NCBI GenBank assembly: GCA_965218975.1
Contig: OZ244717.1
Span: 224,001-288,000, forward strand
Reading direction: 5' to 3'
DNA: 64,000 nucleotides
Source: Candidatus Oxydemutatoraceae bacterium
GTDB lineage: Bacteria > Pseudomonadota > Gammaproteobacteria > Poriferisulfidales > Oxydemutatoraceae
Part shown: positions 11,304 to 20,764 of the stretch, piece after piece
Position numbering within the stretch: position 1 is the first letter of the stretch
Layout: each line of letters begins with the position of its first letter
The notes under the pieces: generated by a model
What the model was told of the DNA's origin: nothing
What the model saw: only the letters and a program-made list of their open reading frames with translations
Database searches by the model: none
Translations under genes and position numbers: made by a program

Positions 11304-12290
11304 TTACGGTGCTTCCAACATAGTTTTCACGTGGATGGTTGCGGCGGCAGCCAAGCCCGGCAGGCTGTACCCGCCTTCCAGCAATGAAACCATACAGCCG
11401 TCGCAATACTCATCGGCAAACCCCTGCACGATGCGGGTCAACCTGGCAAAACCGTCATCCGTTACACTGAAGCAACCAAGTAAATCATCTTTGCGGCTGT
11501 CAAACCCCGCGGAGATCAATATCAGGTCAGGCTTAAAACGCCGCACCGCCGGAGCCAATTTGTCATTGAACGCCGCCACGATATCGTCGTCGTTTGTATC
11601 GCAGCCAAGATGTACATTGATATTGTAGCCCACACCCCGACCGGCGCCAACTCTGGCGGGGTCGCCGCTCCTCGGATACGCATTATAGTCATGTGTTGAG
11701 AAAAAGAGCACCGATGGGTCTTCATAAAACGCCGCCTCCGTGCCGTTACCGTGATGGTAATCCCAATCCACTATCAGGATACGCTCGCGCCGATAGTGTT
11801 TCTGTGCATAACGGGCCGCAACCGCGACGTTATTGTAAAAACAAAATCCTTCTTCCTTGCCGGTATTCAATGCATGATGGCCGGGAGGTCTTGTTACACA
11901 AAAAGCACTGTTTTGATCACCGCTGCAAACCGCTCTGACAGCAGCCAGACCCGCACCGACGGCGCCTAACGCAACCTCGCCGGAACGGCCGTAATGCTGC
12001 TTGATTTGTGCCACATGCTCGACAGTATGAATCTCTAATAATTCCGACTCAATTCCGGTCAGCAATTCCACCTTGGAAAGATTCTGCAGCAAACCGACTT
12101 TGGCGAAATTATCAACGATCGCCTGATATCGAAACGGCGACTCCGGATGCCCCGGTTGCAGCCAATGCTTAAAAAACAACGGGTCATAAACGACCCCGAC
12201 TTTGCGGCGAGGTGCTGCACCGACATCCATACGGGTTGATGCAAACAAAGCCATGCTTGTTCCCATACTCAAAAACTGTCTTCGGTTCAT
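11304..12290 (-). CDS. Histone deacetylase-family (Zn amidohydrolase) protein with twin-arginine signal
   Basis: HPESP, RPPGHHA, GFCFYNN, DWDYHHGNGT, SAGFD and LEGGY motifs; start reassigned to MNRRQFL. Confidence 0.9.
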   Translation of the reverse strand: MNRRQFLSMGTSMALFASTRMDVGAAPRRKVGVVYDPLFFKHWLQPGHPESPFRYQAIVDNFAKVGLLQNLSKVELLTGIESELLEIHTVEHVAQIKQHYGRSGEVALGAVGAGLAAVRAVCSGDQNSAFCVTRPPGHHALNTGKEEGFCFYNNVAVAARYAQKHYRRERILIVDWDYHHGNGTEAAFYEDPSVLFFSTHDYNAYPRSGDPARVGAGRGVGYNINVHLGCDTNDDDIVAAFNDKLAPAVRRFKPDLILISAGFDSRKDDLLGCFSVTDDGFARLTRIVQGFADEYCDGCMVSLLEGGYSLPGLAAAATIHVKTMLEAP

Positions 12291-12360
12291 TCCCAAGATT
12301 CCTATAGAAAGGATAATGTAATACAAGCTGTACAAATTCTCAATGTATTGTACGATGTAT

Positions 12361-13289
12361 TGTACGATGCCACCCTAGTGGAATTCTTGAAGAGCTTCTA
12401 GGGAAGCGTTCGGCAGTAACATTCGGACCGGTGCTTTCTGTCCGTTGTCGGCATGAGGGCGGTGCAGGGTGAGACGCGCCCGGAAAACCGAACGGTTTTC
12501 AGCGGCAAACGACCCGACAAGGACGTCGGGCTGGTGCTCATTGACAGAACCAAGTCTCGTCATGGACGAGCAGGGTAAGACGCGCCCGGAAAACCGAACG
12601 GTTTTCAGCGGCGAACGACCCGACAAGGACGTCGGGGCTGGAGCTTGTTGACAGAACCCAATCGCGTCATGGGTGAGACGCGCCCGGAAAACCAATTGGT
12701 TTTCAGCGGTGAACGACCCGACAAGGACGTCGGGGCTGGAGCTTGTTGACAGAACCCAGTCCGTCATGGACGACAGGCACTTTGCCGACAATCCGGCACA
12801 ATCCGCCGACAACCCACCAACAAACACAAAACGGTTTCACAACCGGTCATTGAATGCTTGCATATCGGTAAATAGCAGGTCTTCCGCATGATCGATACAA
12901 TCTTCTTGGACCGTGCTGACAACGCACAATCGTATCCAGGGCGATGCAATGCCCAGGATTGCCGGATACTGTGCTTTGAAGTAACTCAGCTTGTACGTGC
13001 GACGATGCTTGAACGGTCGTGCAAACTGCTCAACCCTCCCTGCCGATAGGCCAGGGGCGTCATGCATACAGGGTCGAACGACTGACCTTGAATGCGTTCG
13101 GGAGTTACAACTATCCCAAAATGAGGGCATCATATTTCTGTTGAAGCTTAGAGTGCTCATGAGCCTCCATTTTTGAAGCAAAATTGGCTCATATAGAAAC
13201 CTTTGATGCGGTGGCCGATGTGCTGGTATTGCATGCCGGTCACCTTTTTATTGACGTCCAAGAATCCAGTATGTATCTGGGCACGTACA
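12361..13289 (-). mobile_element. Internally deleted IS481-family relic carrying 3 structured repeats
   Basis: Ends TGTACGATGCCACCCTA (12361) and TGTACGTGCCCAGATAC (13289, minus strand); fragments MQYQHIGHRIKGFY, FKAQYP, VQEDCIDH..FNDRL; frameshifted. Confidence 0.8.
12465..12770 (-). repeat. 3 copies of the ~97-nt multi-hairpin repeat
   Basis: Three copies of GAGACGCGCCCGGAAAACC..GGTTTTCAGCGG..ACGACCCGACAAGGACGTCGGG..TTGACAGAACC. Confidence 0.95.
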
Positions 13290-13295
13290 CATAAG

Positions 13296-13490
13296 TGTAT
13301 GAGTCCACCACAGCTGCACATTAGCGTTGTTGGATGACAGCCTGAAACGGGGTTCAATCCCAGTCTTTGTGTGCGGGCATAATCCGTTGTACCGAACCAA
13401 CCGGTCCGCCGGTTTTTCATTGAAACGATCAAGGTCCTCATGATAATCAACGTATTGCCTCTGAACGGTGTGATTAAACCGTGTTAGACG
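13296..13490 (-). pseudogene. 3' relic of a second, divergent IS481-like transposase
   Basis: Minus strand translates RFNHTVQRQYVDYHEDLDRFNEKPADRLVRYNGLCPH (integrase-core tail) and ends ...TGTGGTGGACTCATACA. Confidence 0.55.
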
Positions 13491-13586
13491 GGATGAGCGA
13501 AAGCAGCGCGTTTTGACAGAATGCTTGACTCTTTCTTGGGTAACATTCTTCCGGTAAAACTCCGAGTTTCGGACCTTCTATCTCTG

Positions 13587-15194
13587 CTACCGCTTCAGTA
13601 ATAACTTGCTTCGGGAAAGAAACGAGACAGTACGACTGCCAACAAGCAAGACAAGTCCTAATAACAATAGCAACCATAAATCCATGGCGCCGGAGCCTCC
13701 GCCGCCTCCACCGCCTCCGCTGCTATTGCTGTAAGCAGGACGTGCCCCATCATCGCAAACGGCAGTGTCATCAGGATAATAGTCATCGCCGTGTTCAAGA
13801 GCGCATGCGACTCTCCCGTCTTCAAAGATTTTGCTCATCCTGGAAACCGTGCCTTCACAAGTATTAAGAATCTCATTAGTAAGCACGCCGGCAACTCGTG
13901 TGTTCTGCCTTAACCACATCGGACTCCCGGACGATCCTGACCCAGTACCCCCTGTTATATAATGGATTCCATAGTGGCTACAGTCGGAAGAGTTATTACA
14001 AGGAACGAAAAGGCCATTTAACTCATGATGATACAACCCCACAATTTCCGCATTTAGGTAGTTTTGATCAGTACCTACCGCATGATGAAGCGTTTCAATT
14101 ATTTCACCCCGAGACAAAGGAGCGAAGGTCAAACCTAATCGTGCAAATATTAAAACTGCTGTTGATTGGAACTCTAATGTATTCACTGACAGCAATGCAT
14201 AATCTCCTAGCGTGTTAGCCGCAATGAATCTTGCGCCTGTCCCTCTAATCCTTTGATTAGCGGGAATGCAATCCGAAACACCGATCGTAAAAGAGATATT
14301 CACAAAAGTGCCTACCCGCATTTCAGGGCCAGTGCCACTGGCAATGCAGTGATACGCTGTCAAAAGATAAGCATGGTCATCATCGGCACCGGTGCCGGTA
14401 TTCAGCAGTCCTGCAGTGCACTGCCTCCCGCTTCCTTGACCAGGGGGCGGAGTATAATTTATAAGGGCCACGCCTCTCCCTCGTTCAACTCCATCAGGAA
14501 AAGCACACAGGTCGTTCTCAAAAGGGCAGTCGGAGTGGCTTTGCGGAACGGCAAAGGAGTGGCTATTGAGTTGCTGAATGTTACCGGCAGCATCTCTGAA
14601 GTGATGGTCTAAATGATATATGGCAAACGGAAAAGCATCCGGGGACACAGCAGATTGAGTCCATACTTCAACAACCACTGTGTCATCCGGAATCAATGGC
14701 GACCAGAAGCCCGCGCCATCGGCCGGCCCTTTGCCGACATACTCACCGACAAAAGATGCGGGATTATCTTTCAGTCCATATACTTTTACAGACATTTCGT
14801 CATTCAGGTCAAACCCGGAAAACCATACCTTGACACCCAGCGCTTCGGGAGAATGAATGTGCAACTGCCAGATATTGAGACCATCTCGTTGTCCGACCGG
14901 ATGCCAGTTGTTTTGATTAACACTTACCGCTCTGCTAATACTCGTATAGAGTTTGCGTTTATCTTGAATTAGACTGACAATTTTTCTCTCCTCATCTTCA
15001 CTGAGTAAAGGCAACTCCAACCTGATGTCATCCGGGTATTTTGATGCCAGATCGCGGGCATGCTCTATCTCCTTCGGTTGCACTTCCACCTCTTCCGTTC
15101 TCATTTCCGACATATCGGAATAAGCGATCTGAAAAAACGAAAGAATGAAAACCCCTGCCGGAATAAGCAAGGTTTTATATTTCATAGTATCCAT
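13587..15194 (-). CDS. Secreted trypsin-like (lysyl-endopeptidase-like) serine protease with GlyGly-CTERM tail
   Basis: Signal peptide and pro-region; triad LTAYHC, GDYALL, GSGSSGSP; C-terminal GGGGGGGSGAMDLWLLLLLGLVLL followed by basic residues. Confidence 0.8.
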   Translation of the reverse strand: MDTMKYKTLLIPAGVFILSFFQIAYSDMSEMRTEEVEVQPKEIEHARDLASKYPDDIRLELPLLSEDEERKIVSLIQDKRKLYTSISRAVSVNQNNWHPVGQRDGLNIWQLHIHSPEALGVKVWFSGFDLNDEMSVKVYGLKDNPASFVGEYVGKGPADGAGFWSPLIPDDTVVVEVWTQSAVSPDAFPFAIYHLDHHFRDAAGNIQQLNSHSFAVPQSHSDCPFENDLCAFPDGVERGRGVALINYTPPPGQGSGRQCTAGLLNTGTGADDDHAYLLTAYHCIASGTGPEMRVGTFVNISFTIGVSDCIPANQRIRGTGARFIAANTLGDYALLSVNTLEFQSTAVLIFARLGLTFAPLSRGEIIETLHHAVGTDQNYLNAEIVGLYHHELNGLFVPCNNSSDCSHYGIHYITGGTGSGSSGSPMWLRQNTRVAGVLTNEILNTCEGTVSRMSKIFEDGRVACALEHGDDYYPDDTAVCDDGARPAYSNSSGGGGGGGGSGAMDLWLLLLLGLVLLVGSRTVSFLSRSKLLLKR

Positions 15195-15619
15195 CTTAGC
15201 CTCCAAAGCACGTCGCACTTGAAAAGCGACAAAGTCGTGCGGCTGTTGAGTTTCGGGGTTGCCTGTGCCTGTGACCGGGACGCAGTGACTAGTTTATTAC
15301 AAAAGAGTGATCTATAGCAACATTGATCGTCTATCATCTTCGTCCTCCTATTTAATTGGCAATGATATACTTGTTGACCCTGTATAGGTCCATAACATTT
15401 GGCACTCCGGGTGGTGAGTCAGGAGCGATTGTATCGGGGATTGCCCCCCGTTCAAGCCGTCATTCAACAACATAGCGTGCGGTTGCAGCAGACCCATGCC
15501 TTTGTGCGACCTGCTATGCTATTATGCGTCCCGCACCTGGCTCAAACAGGGGAAGAGACTGTTCCGAAATCAAGCGGGCGCCGATAAATCGCCTGCATGA
15601 AAAATAAAGGAGGCGCGAA

Positions 15620-17182
15620 ATGACGGTAAAGCGAACGAAGAGCAGTAAAACTGTTGAGGAAGAAACACAACCTGATTGGGAAAAGTCACCCGGGCGGGTG
15701 AGCCCAAGAGAGCGGCAACCGTTTATTACAGGCGTTGATTCTTTCGCCTTTGAAGCCCCCGTTCAAAGAGCAGGCGGTTCAACCAAGACGATGGGGCGAA
15801 AAACGCAGCCCGCAGGAAGAATCGGAGGTTCGGAGAATATGCGCATCGCAGACGGTCGTCGTGCTGTTGATAACAGGGCTGTCAAGCGACACTCTGAACG
15901 GACCGACTCATGGCGGGCATCAATCAATCGTTTGAAGTCGGAAGCGGGCCTGCCAGATCAGGCGGCTTGTCGCGCCTCAAATGAGTTAAAGAGTCGGTCA
16001 AGCGGAAGAATTTCGGCGCTATGGTTATTATTGCTGATAGCGATCGTCGGCATCGGGCCTTGGCAATCGGGTATTTGCGATTCATTGTCCGAACCCGGTC
16101 AATCAGTCAAACAAGCGCAATGGCTGCTGAAAGAACTTGGCTACGACGTTGTGCCGGACGGTATCTTAGGCCCCCGGACGAAAGCCGTCATCCGCAATTA
16201 CGAACGCGAAAACAATATGGTTGAGACCGGGCAAGTCACTGTCGAATTAATTGCATCGCTGCAAGCAAAGCCTAAACAAAAAGGCAAAGTATTCCGGGAT
16301 TGCGCGGAATGCCCGGAAATGATCGTGATTCCGGCCGGCTCATACCGGATGGGTTCGCCTGCGCATGAGGTGGGGCGCTATAGTGATGAAGGCCCGGTCC
16401 ATCGCGTGACGATCGCAAAGCCGTTTGCAGTAGGACGTTATGAAGTCATGCGCGCCGAATTCGCCCATTTTGCGGATGAGGTGGGATTTTTGCAGGAGGA
16501 CGAAAATTGCGATTGGTTGAATCCGCTGGAGCCGGAGTTCCGTCAAGGCGAGCGCGATCCTGTGGTATGCGTGATGGGATTTTGGCCGGAGGACGAAAAT
16601 TGCGATTGGTTGAATCCGCTGGAGCCGGAGTTCCGTCAAGGCGAGCGCGATCCTGTGGTATGCGTGGATTGGAACGACGCGCAGGCATATGCAGAGTGGC
16701 TGTCAAGGAAGACCGGAAAGGCGTACCGGCTGTTGAGTGAATCGGAATGGGAGTATGCGGCACGCGGAGGGACGAGCACGGCACGATACTGGGGGGAGCA
16801 CGAGGATGAGCAGTGCCGGTATGCGAACGGGATAGATGCGGCTTATAAGAAACATAACCCTAGTTTGAAGTATCCAGTAGCTCCATGTAACGACGGCCAT
16901 GTGTATACATCTCCGGCGGGTTCGTTCTTACCGAACGAGTACGGTTTGTACGACATGCTCGGGAATGTCAATGAGTGGGTAGAAGACTGCTGGAATGATG
17001 ATTATGCCGCAGCGCCGTCCGATGGCAGTGCATGGTTGCAGGGTGATTGTTCCGCTCGTATGTTCCGCGGCGGGTCGTGGGGCGACATTCCGAGGTATCT
17101 GCGTTCTGCGATCCGCTACGCGTACACCACCGGAGACCGGGACGACTATATCGGTTTTCGAGTCGCTAGGACATTGGATTGA
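15620..17182 (+). CDS. Membrane-anchored PG-binding + FGE-sulfatase (SUMF1 / C-type lectin fold) protein
   Basis: RBS AGGAGG; TM segment; PG-binding motif LKELGYDVVPDGILGPRTKAVIRNYE; FRDCAECPEM, RLLSESEWEYAARGG, GLYDMLGNVNEW, RGGSW...GFRVAR. Confidence 0.9.
   Translation: MTVKRTKSSKTVEEETQPDWEKSPGRVSPRERQPFITGVDSFAFEAPVQRAGGSTKTMGRKTQPAGRIGGSENMRIADGRRAVDNRAVKRHSERTDSWRASINRLKSEAGLPDQAACRASNELKSRSSGRISALWLLLLIAIVGIGPWQSGICDSLSEPGQSVKQAQWLLKELGYDVVPDGILGPRTKAVIRNYERENNMVETGQVTVELIASLQAKPKQKGKVFRDCAECPEMIVIPAGSYRMGSPAHEVGRYSDEGPVHRVTIAKPFAVGRYEVMRAEFAHFADEVGFLQEDENCDWLNPLEPEFRQGERDPVVCVMGFWPEDENCDWLNPLEPEFRQGERDPVVCVDWNDAQAYAEWLSRKTGKAYRLLSESEWEYAARGGTSTARYWGEHEDEQCRYANGIDAAYKKHNPSLKYPVAPCNDGHVYTSPAGSFLPNEYGLYDMLGNVNEWVEDCWNDDYAAAPSDGSAWLQGDCSARMFRGGSWGDIPRYLRSAIRYAYTTGDRDDYIGFRVARTLD
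16495..16666 (+). repeat. In-frame tandem duplication, period 93 bp (31 aa)
   Basis: GGAGGACGAAAATTGC...GTATGCGTG is identical at 16495 and 16588 (EDENCDWLNPLEPEFRQGERDPVVCV twice). Confidence 0.95.
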
Positions 17183-17506
17183 ATCTTGAAGCTTGGTATC
17201 TTGCGATGGGTGACGGAGCCTTGCCCCGGCTGATTTCTCTGCAGCTGAGGATAGTTCGTTGAGGCAGGCTTCGTGTAGATGCGGGCATGCCTTGGCGCTG
17301 AGTATTTTCATCTTGAGCGAGTAGTCGCATAACGCCGGATACATACGGGACTCACGGCTTAATCTAAATCGGTTTGCCGTTTCGGGGGAAACTACGGACC
17401 GGATGTCACCGGGCGCATTCTCGGCAGCCCTAAGCTCTTCGAACCGATGAAACCGTTTTGTGTTTGTTGGCGGATTGTGCCGGATTGTCGGCAAAGTGCC
17501 TGTCAT

Positions 17507-18194
17507 CCATGCCGCGACTAGGTTCTGTCAACAAGCCCCAGCCCCGACGTCCATGTCGGGTCGTTCGCCGCTGAAAAGCAATTGCTTTTCCGGGCGCGTC
17601 TCACCCTGACGAGACTGGGTTCTGTCAACAAGCCCCAGCCTCGACGTCCTTGTCGGGTCGTTCACCGCTGAAAACCAATTGGTTTTCCGGGCGCGTCTCA
17701 TCCATGCCGCGACTGGGTTCTGTCAACAAGCCCCAGCCCAGACGTCCATGTCGGGTCGTTCGCCGCTGAAAAGCAATTGCTTTTCCGGGCGCGTCTCACC
17801 CTGACGAGACTGGGTTCTGTCAACAAGCCCCAGCCTCGACGTCCTTGTCGGGTCGTTCACCGCTGAAAACCAATTGGTTTTCCGGGCGCGTCTCATCCAT
17901 GCCGCGACTGGGTTCTGTCAACAAGCCCCAGCCCAGACGTCCATGTCGGGTCGTTCGCCGCTGAAAAGCAATTGCTTTTCCGGGCGCGTCTCACCCTGAC
18001 GAGACTGGGTTCTGTCAACAAGCCCCAGCCCCGACGTCCTTGTCGGGTCGTTCACCGCTGAAAACCAATTGGTTTTCCGGGCGCGTCTCACCCATAACGA
18101 GACTTGGTTCTGTCAATGAGCGCCAGCCTCGACGTCCTTATCAGGCCGTTCGCCGCTGAAAACCGATCGGTTTTCCGGGCGCGTTTCATCCCTG
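17507..18194 (+). repeat. Tandem array of 7 structured 97/98-nt units (A-B-A-B-A-B-C), no spacers
   Basis: GGTTCTGTCAA starts at 17521, 17618, 17716, 17813, 17911, 18008 and 18106. Confidence 0.97.
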
Positions 18195-18539
18195 CCCGAG
18201 TGTCCGCACGATTGCGTGCCTGATCGCGGATGCGCCGAATAAAATGCGCTGTATTCCGCAGCGGCTGAATGCCAAAGGACAAACAAAACGACTGTTCAAG
18301 CACCGTTGCAGGGTACGCAAGCCGAAACACTTCAAAGCATAGTATCCGGGGCATTGCATCGCCCTGGATACGATTGTGCGTTATCAGCACGGCCGCATTC
18401 CTGCGCCTGGCAGAATTTCGGCAACAGTAAAGTCTTTGAGCTAATGAAACCATTCGTGATTGTATAGTTGACACAAGTACGAATACATGGTACCAATACT
18501 GCACTAAAATAGTCAATGGGATAGGCCGCTTGACTACAA

Positions 18540-18899
18540 ATGCAGCACTTACTTCGCGAAATTATTATATCCGCTACTGGTTTAAGTTTTGTCTGCGGTG
18601 TTGTGTTGGGGGTGTTAGTCATGTGGCTCCCTAAATTCATTAAACGTAGACTTTTGCGTAAGAAGGTAGAAGCTGCATACTCAATGCTTAGGATGGTATG
18701 TGAGCCTAAAACTTTGAACCCTGCTCAACTTGGCAACAGAGAATACATGATTTCTGAATCCAGGGATCTTGTTAATGCAATTAGTCTTAAAAGCGCAGGT
18801 TTTCGTCCACCTCAAAAATGTGATCGTAGCGAAAAGTCTTTGAATGAATGGTTTACTTTTCTCCAAGATGTTCGAATTGAATTAGCATCTTGGTTTTGA
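18540..18899 (+). CDS. Hypothetical membrane-anchored passenger protein
   Basis: 119 aa, N-terminal TM helix, inside the IS1595 element. Confidence 0.55.
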   Translation: MQHLLREIIISATGLSFVCGVVLGVLVMWLPKFIKRRLLRKKVEAAYSMLRMVCEPKTLNPAQLGNREYMISESRDLVNAISLKSAGFRPPQKCDRSEKSLNEWFTFLQDVRIELASWF

Positions 18900-18977
18900 T
18901 TTATAAGGATGACTTGTTTTCCCTAATAGGATATTTAGGTACTCAGTTAATAGAAGTAAACATGAACTACAATTAAG

Positions 18978-19208
18978 ATGCATACGGGTTTGAGTGTACC
19001 AAAGGCTGATAACCAGACAATTCTAAATTGGAAGTATGATATTGAAAATGCTTCTGTGCTATATGGAACACGTATGGGTGATTTGAAAATCCGGTTAATC
19101 ACTACAAGAATGGTAACAGAGGATAGACAGGACTGGCTAACCAAGAATGACTTGTGGGATGTATTAGATTCATACAGGGGTAATCATGTGGGGGATGGGG
19201 GTAAGTAA
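18978..19208 (+). CDS. Small hypothetical passenger ORF
   Basis: 76 aa, co-oriented between the other passenger genes; no recognised motif. Confidence 0.25.
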   Translation: MHTGLSVPKADNQTILNWKYDIENASVLYGTRMGDLKIRLITTRMVTEDRQDWLTKNDLWDVLDSYRGNHVGDGGK

Positions 19209-19779
19209 AAAAATGAGAGTTATTTTGCTGGCCATGGTCATGATGATAGTGATCTTTGTTCTCTCTGCGTGTTACATCACACCTTACATCACACCGGACT
19301 GGCCCCGGTTGAAGGAATTTTCTGAACATCAGGTAAGGTGGAAATCATACGAGACCACGCGCTACCGGATGCGACTTGAGCGAAACTGTTTTTGCGGTGA
19401 AGATTATCTACGGCCACTCATTGTTGAAGTTCAGGTGGGGAAGACGATGGAGTTGCCTGTATACGGCAGTAAAGAATTTTTACAGCCTCGTACAACTGTA
19501 GTCCGAATCGAAGATGTAGAGTCGGCCGTATACGAGGATGATGGAAAGCCAGTCCCTTTGGACGAGCTCCAAAGGATTGCATCAATCGATTCCCTGTTCC
19601 ATAGGATATACATTGCAAGTTTACGGAATCCAAGCCTTACTCAGCGCATCATGGATGACCTGGTACAGGTTGATTACAATGCCGAGTACGGCTACCCAGA
19701 GTTTGTGGTATTTGATTCAGATGCGATGACTGATGCTTACATTAGCTACGATGTTGAACTTTTGGATATAATCCGTTGA
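19186..19779 (+). CDS. Putative lipoprotein (DUF6174-like)
   Basis: Lipobox LSAC; YRMRLERNCFC and YNAEYGYP motifs; true start probably a few codons downstream. Confidence 0.6.
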   Translation: MWGMGVSKKMRVILLAMVMMIVIFVLSACYITPYITPDWPRLKEFSEHQVRWKSYETTRYRMRLERNCFCGEDYLRPLIVEVQVGKTMELPVYGSKEFLQPRTTVVRIEDVESAVYEDDGKPVPLDELQRIASIDSLFHRIYIASLRNPSLTQRIMDDLVQVDYNAEYGYPEFVVFDSDAMTDAYISYDVELLDIIR

Positions 19780-19785
19780 ATAAGT

Positions 19786-20007
19786 ATGGCTATAGGTAAA
19801 TACTTGAGCCTCGAAGAAGCTCGCAAAAAGAATTTGCTGGATCGTTTTGCCAAGGAACATCCATCCGTAGCGGACGGGCGTTTCTGGCCTTTGCTTAATT
19901 CTATAATTAAAGGGAAGCAATCAAGTCAGGAAACATCTGTTCAGGCTTGTCCCGATAGTTGTAGCGAAACTCAAACTCCTTCAGATACTTCCGAAGATGC
20001 TTCTTAG
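19786..20007 (+). CDS. Small hypothetical protein converging on the IS1595 transposase
   Basis: MAIGKYLSLEEARKKNLLDRFAKEH; its 3' end overlaps the transposase 3' end on the opposite strand. Confidence 0.45.
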   Translation: MAIGKYLSLEEARKKNLLDRFAKEHPSVADGRFWPLLNSIIKGKQSSQETSVQACPDSCSETQTPSDTSEDAS

Positions 20008-20764
20008 ACACATGGATATGTGTACCACGAATGCTCAACTTAAGGCGTGCCCAAAAACCTTCAATGCTATTGACATGAGAGCCACCGCTTACCCATTTGC
20101 CAGCACCATGATTGACCCTCTTATGCTCAAACCCTTCTTTGTCCAGCCCGGAGTAAGAACGAAGCTCATCCGTATGGACTGTGCTTCCCTGCTCAACATT
20201 TTCCTTAATGATCGACTGCAAAGTGCGCTTTTTGACGTTCGGAACAATTTTGGTCATTACATCCCCATCCCTGTCCAACATGCCAAAGGCTATAGCCTTG
20301 TTCGGAGCACCGCGACCGCGCTTTCCGCCAGAAGTCTTACCGCCAATATAGGTTTCGTCAGCTTCAACATGCCCGTCAAGAGGGTTTTCACCGTCCGTAT
20401 CAGACATGTGCTCACGTATCTTGTGAGCCATTCTCAAAGCAGTTGGATAGGCAACTCCAAGCTGGCGTTGCAGTTCCAAGGCGGGCACTCCGTGTCTTGT
20501 GGTGGTGAACAAGTAAATAGCATAGAACCACTTCTGCAAGGGGGTATGGGAGTTTTCAAAGATCGTTCCTACCATCGGATGAATTTGATGTCCGCACCAA
20601 GCACACCCATAAGCAGTGTCACGTTTGACTCTGTGAAACTTCCCGTGCTTCCCGCACTTGGGGCAGTCCATAGTCTCCCCATGCTGCTTGTGCATCAGGA
20701 ACTCAAGACAGGCTTCATCATCCGGGAACTGTTTCATAAACTCTTGAATTGTTGTGGGTTTCAT
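19907..20764 (-). CDS. IS1595-family (ISXO2-like DDE) transposase
   Basis: Zn ribbon CPKCG..CAWCG, HTH, EADETYIGG, HTDE, VNH, NSIEGFW, EFEFRYN; ORF intact. Confidence 0.95.
   Translation of the reverse strand: MKPTTIQEFMKQFPDDEACLEFLMHKQHGETMDCPKCGKHGKFHRVKRDTAYGCAWCGHQIHPMVGTIFENSHTPLQKWFYAIYLFTTTRHGVPALELQRQLGVAYPTALRMAHKIREHMSDTDGENPLDGHVEADETYIGGKTSGGKRGRGAPNKAIAFGMLDRDGDVMTKIVPNVKKRTLQSIIKENVEQGSTVHTDELRSYSGLDKEGFEHKRVNHGAGKWVSGGSHVNSIEGFWARLKLSIRGTHIHVSKKHLRKYLKEFEFRYNYRDKPEQMFPDLIASL

Noticed and set aside
12375-12827. Repetitive protein ORFs (also 55002-55442, 56084-56392, 51659-51889)
   Set aside because: Incidental translations of the DNA repeat; unit lengths of 97/98 nt do not preserve frame.
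15620-17230. Complete DGR locus in this window
   Set aside because: No reverse transcriptase, Avd or adenine-rich template repeat was seen; only a candidate target is reported.
17507-18194. CRISPR array
   Set aside because: Units are ~97 nt and contiguous with no unique spacers; no cas genes in the window.
17507-18194. Integron attC array or tRNA array
   Set aside because: No cassette ORFs between units, no RYYYAAC/GTTRRRY ends seen, no integrase; no T-loop GTTCRA or CCA geometry.
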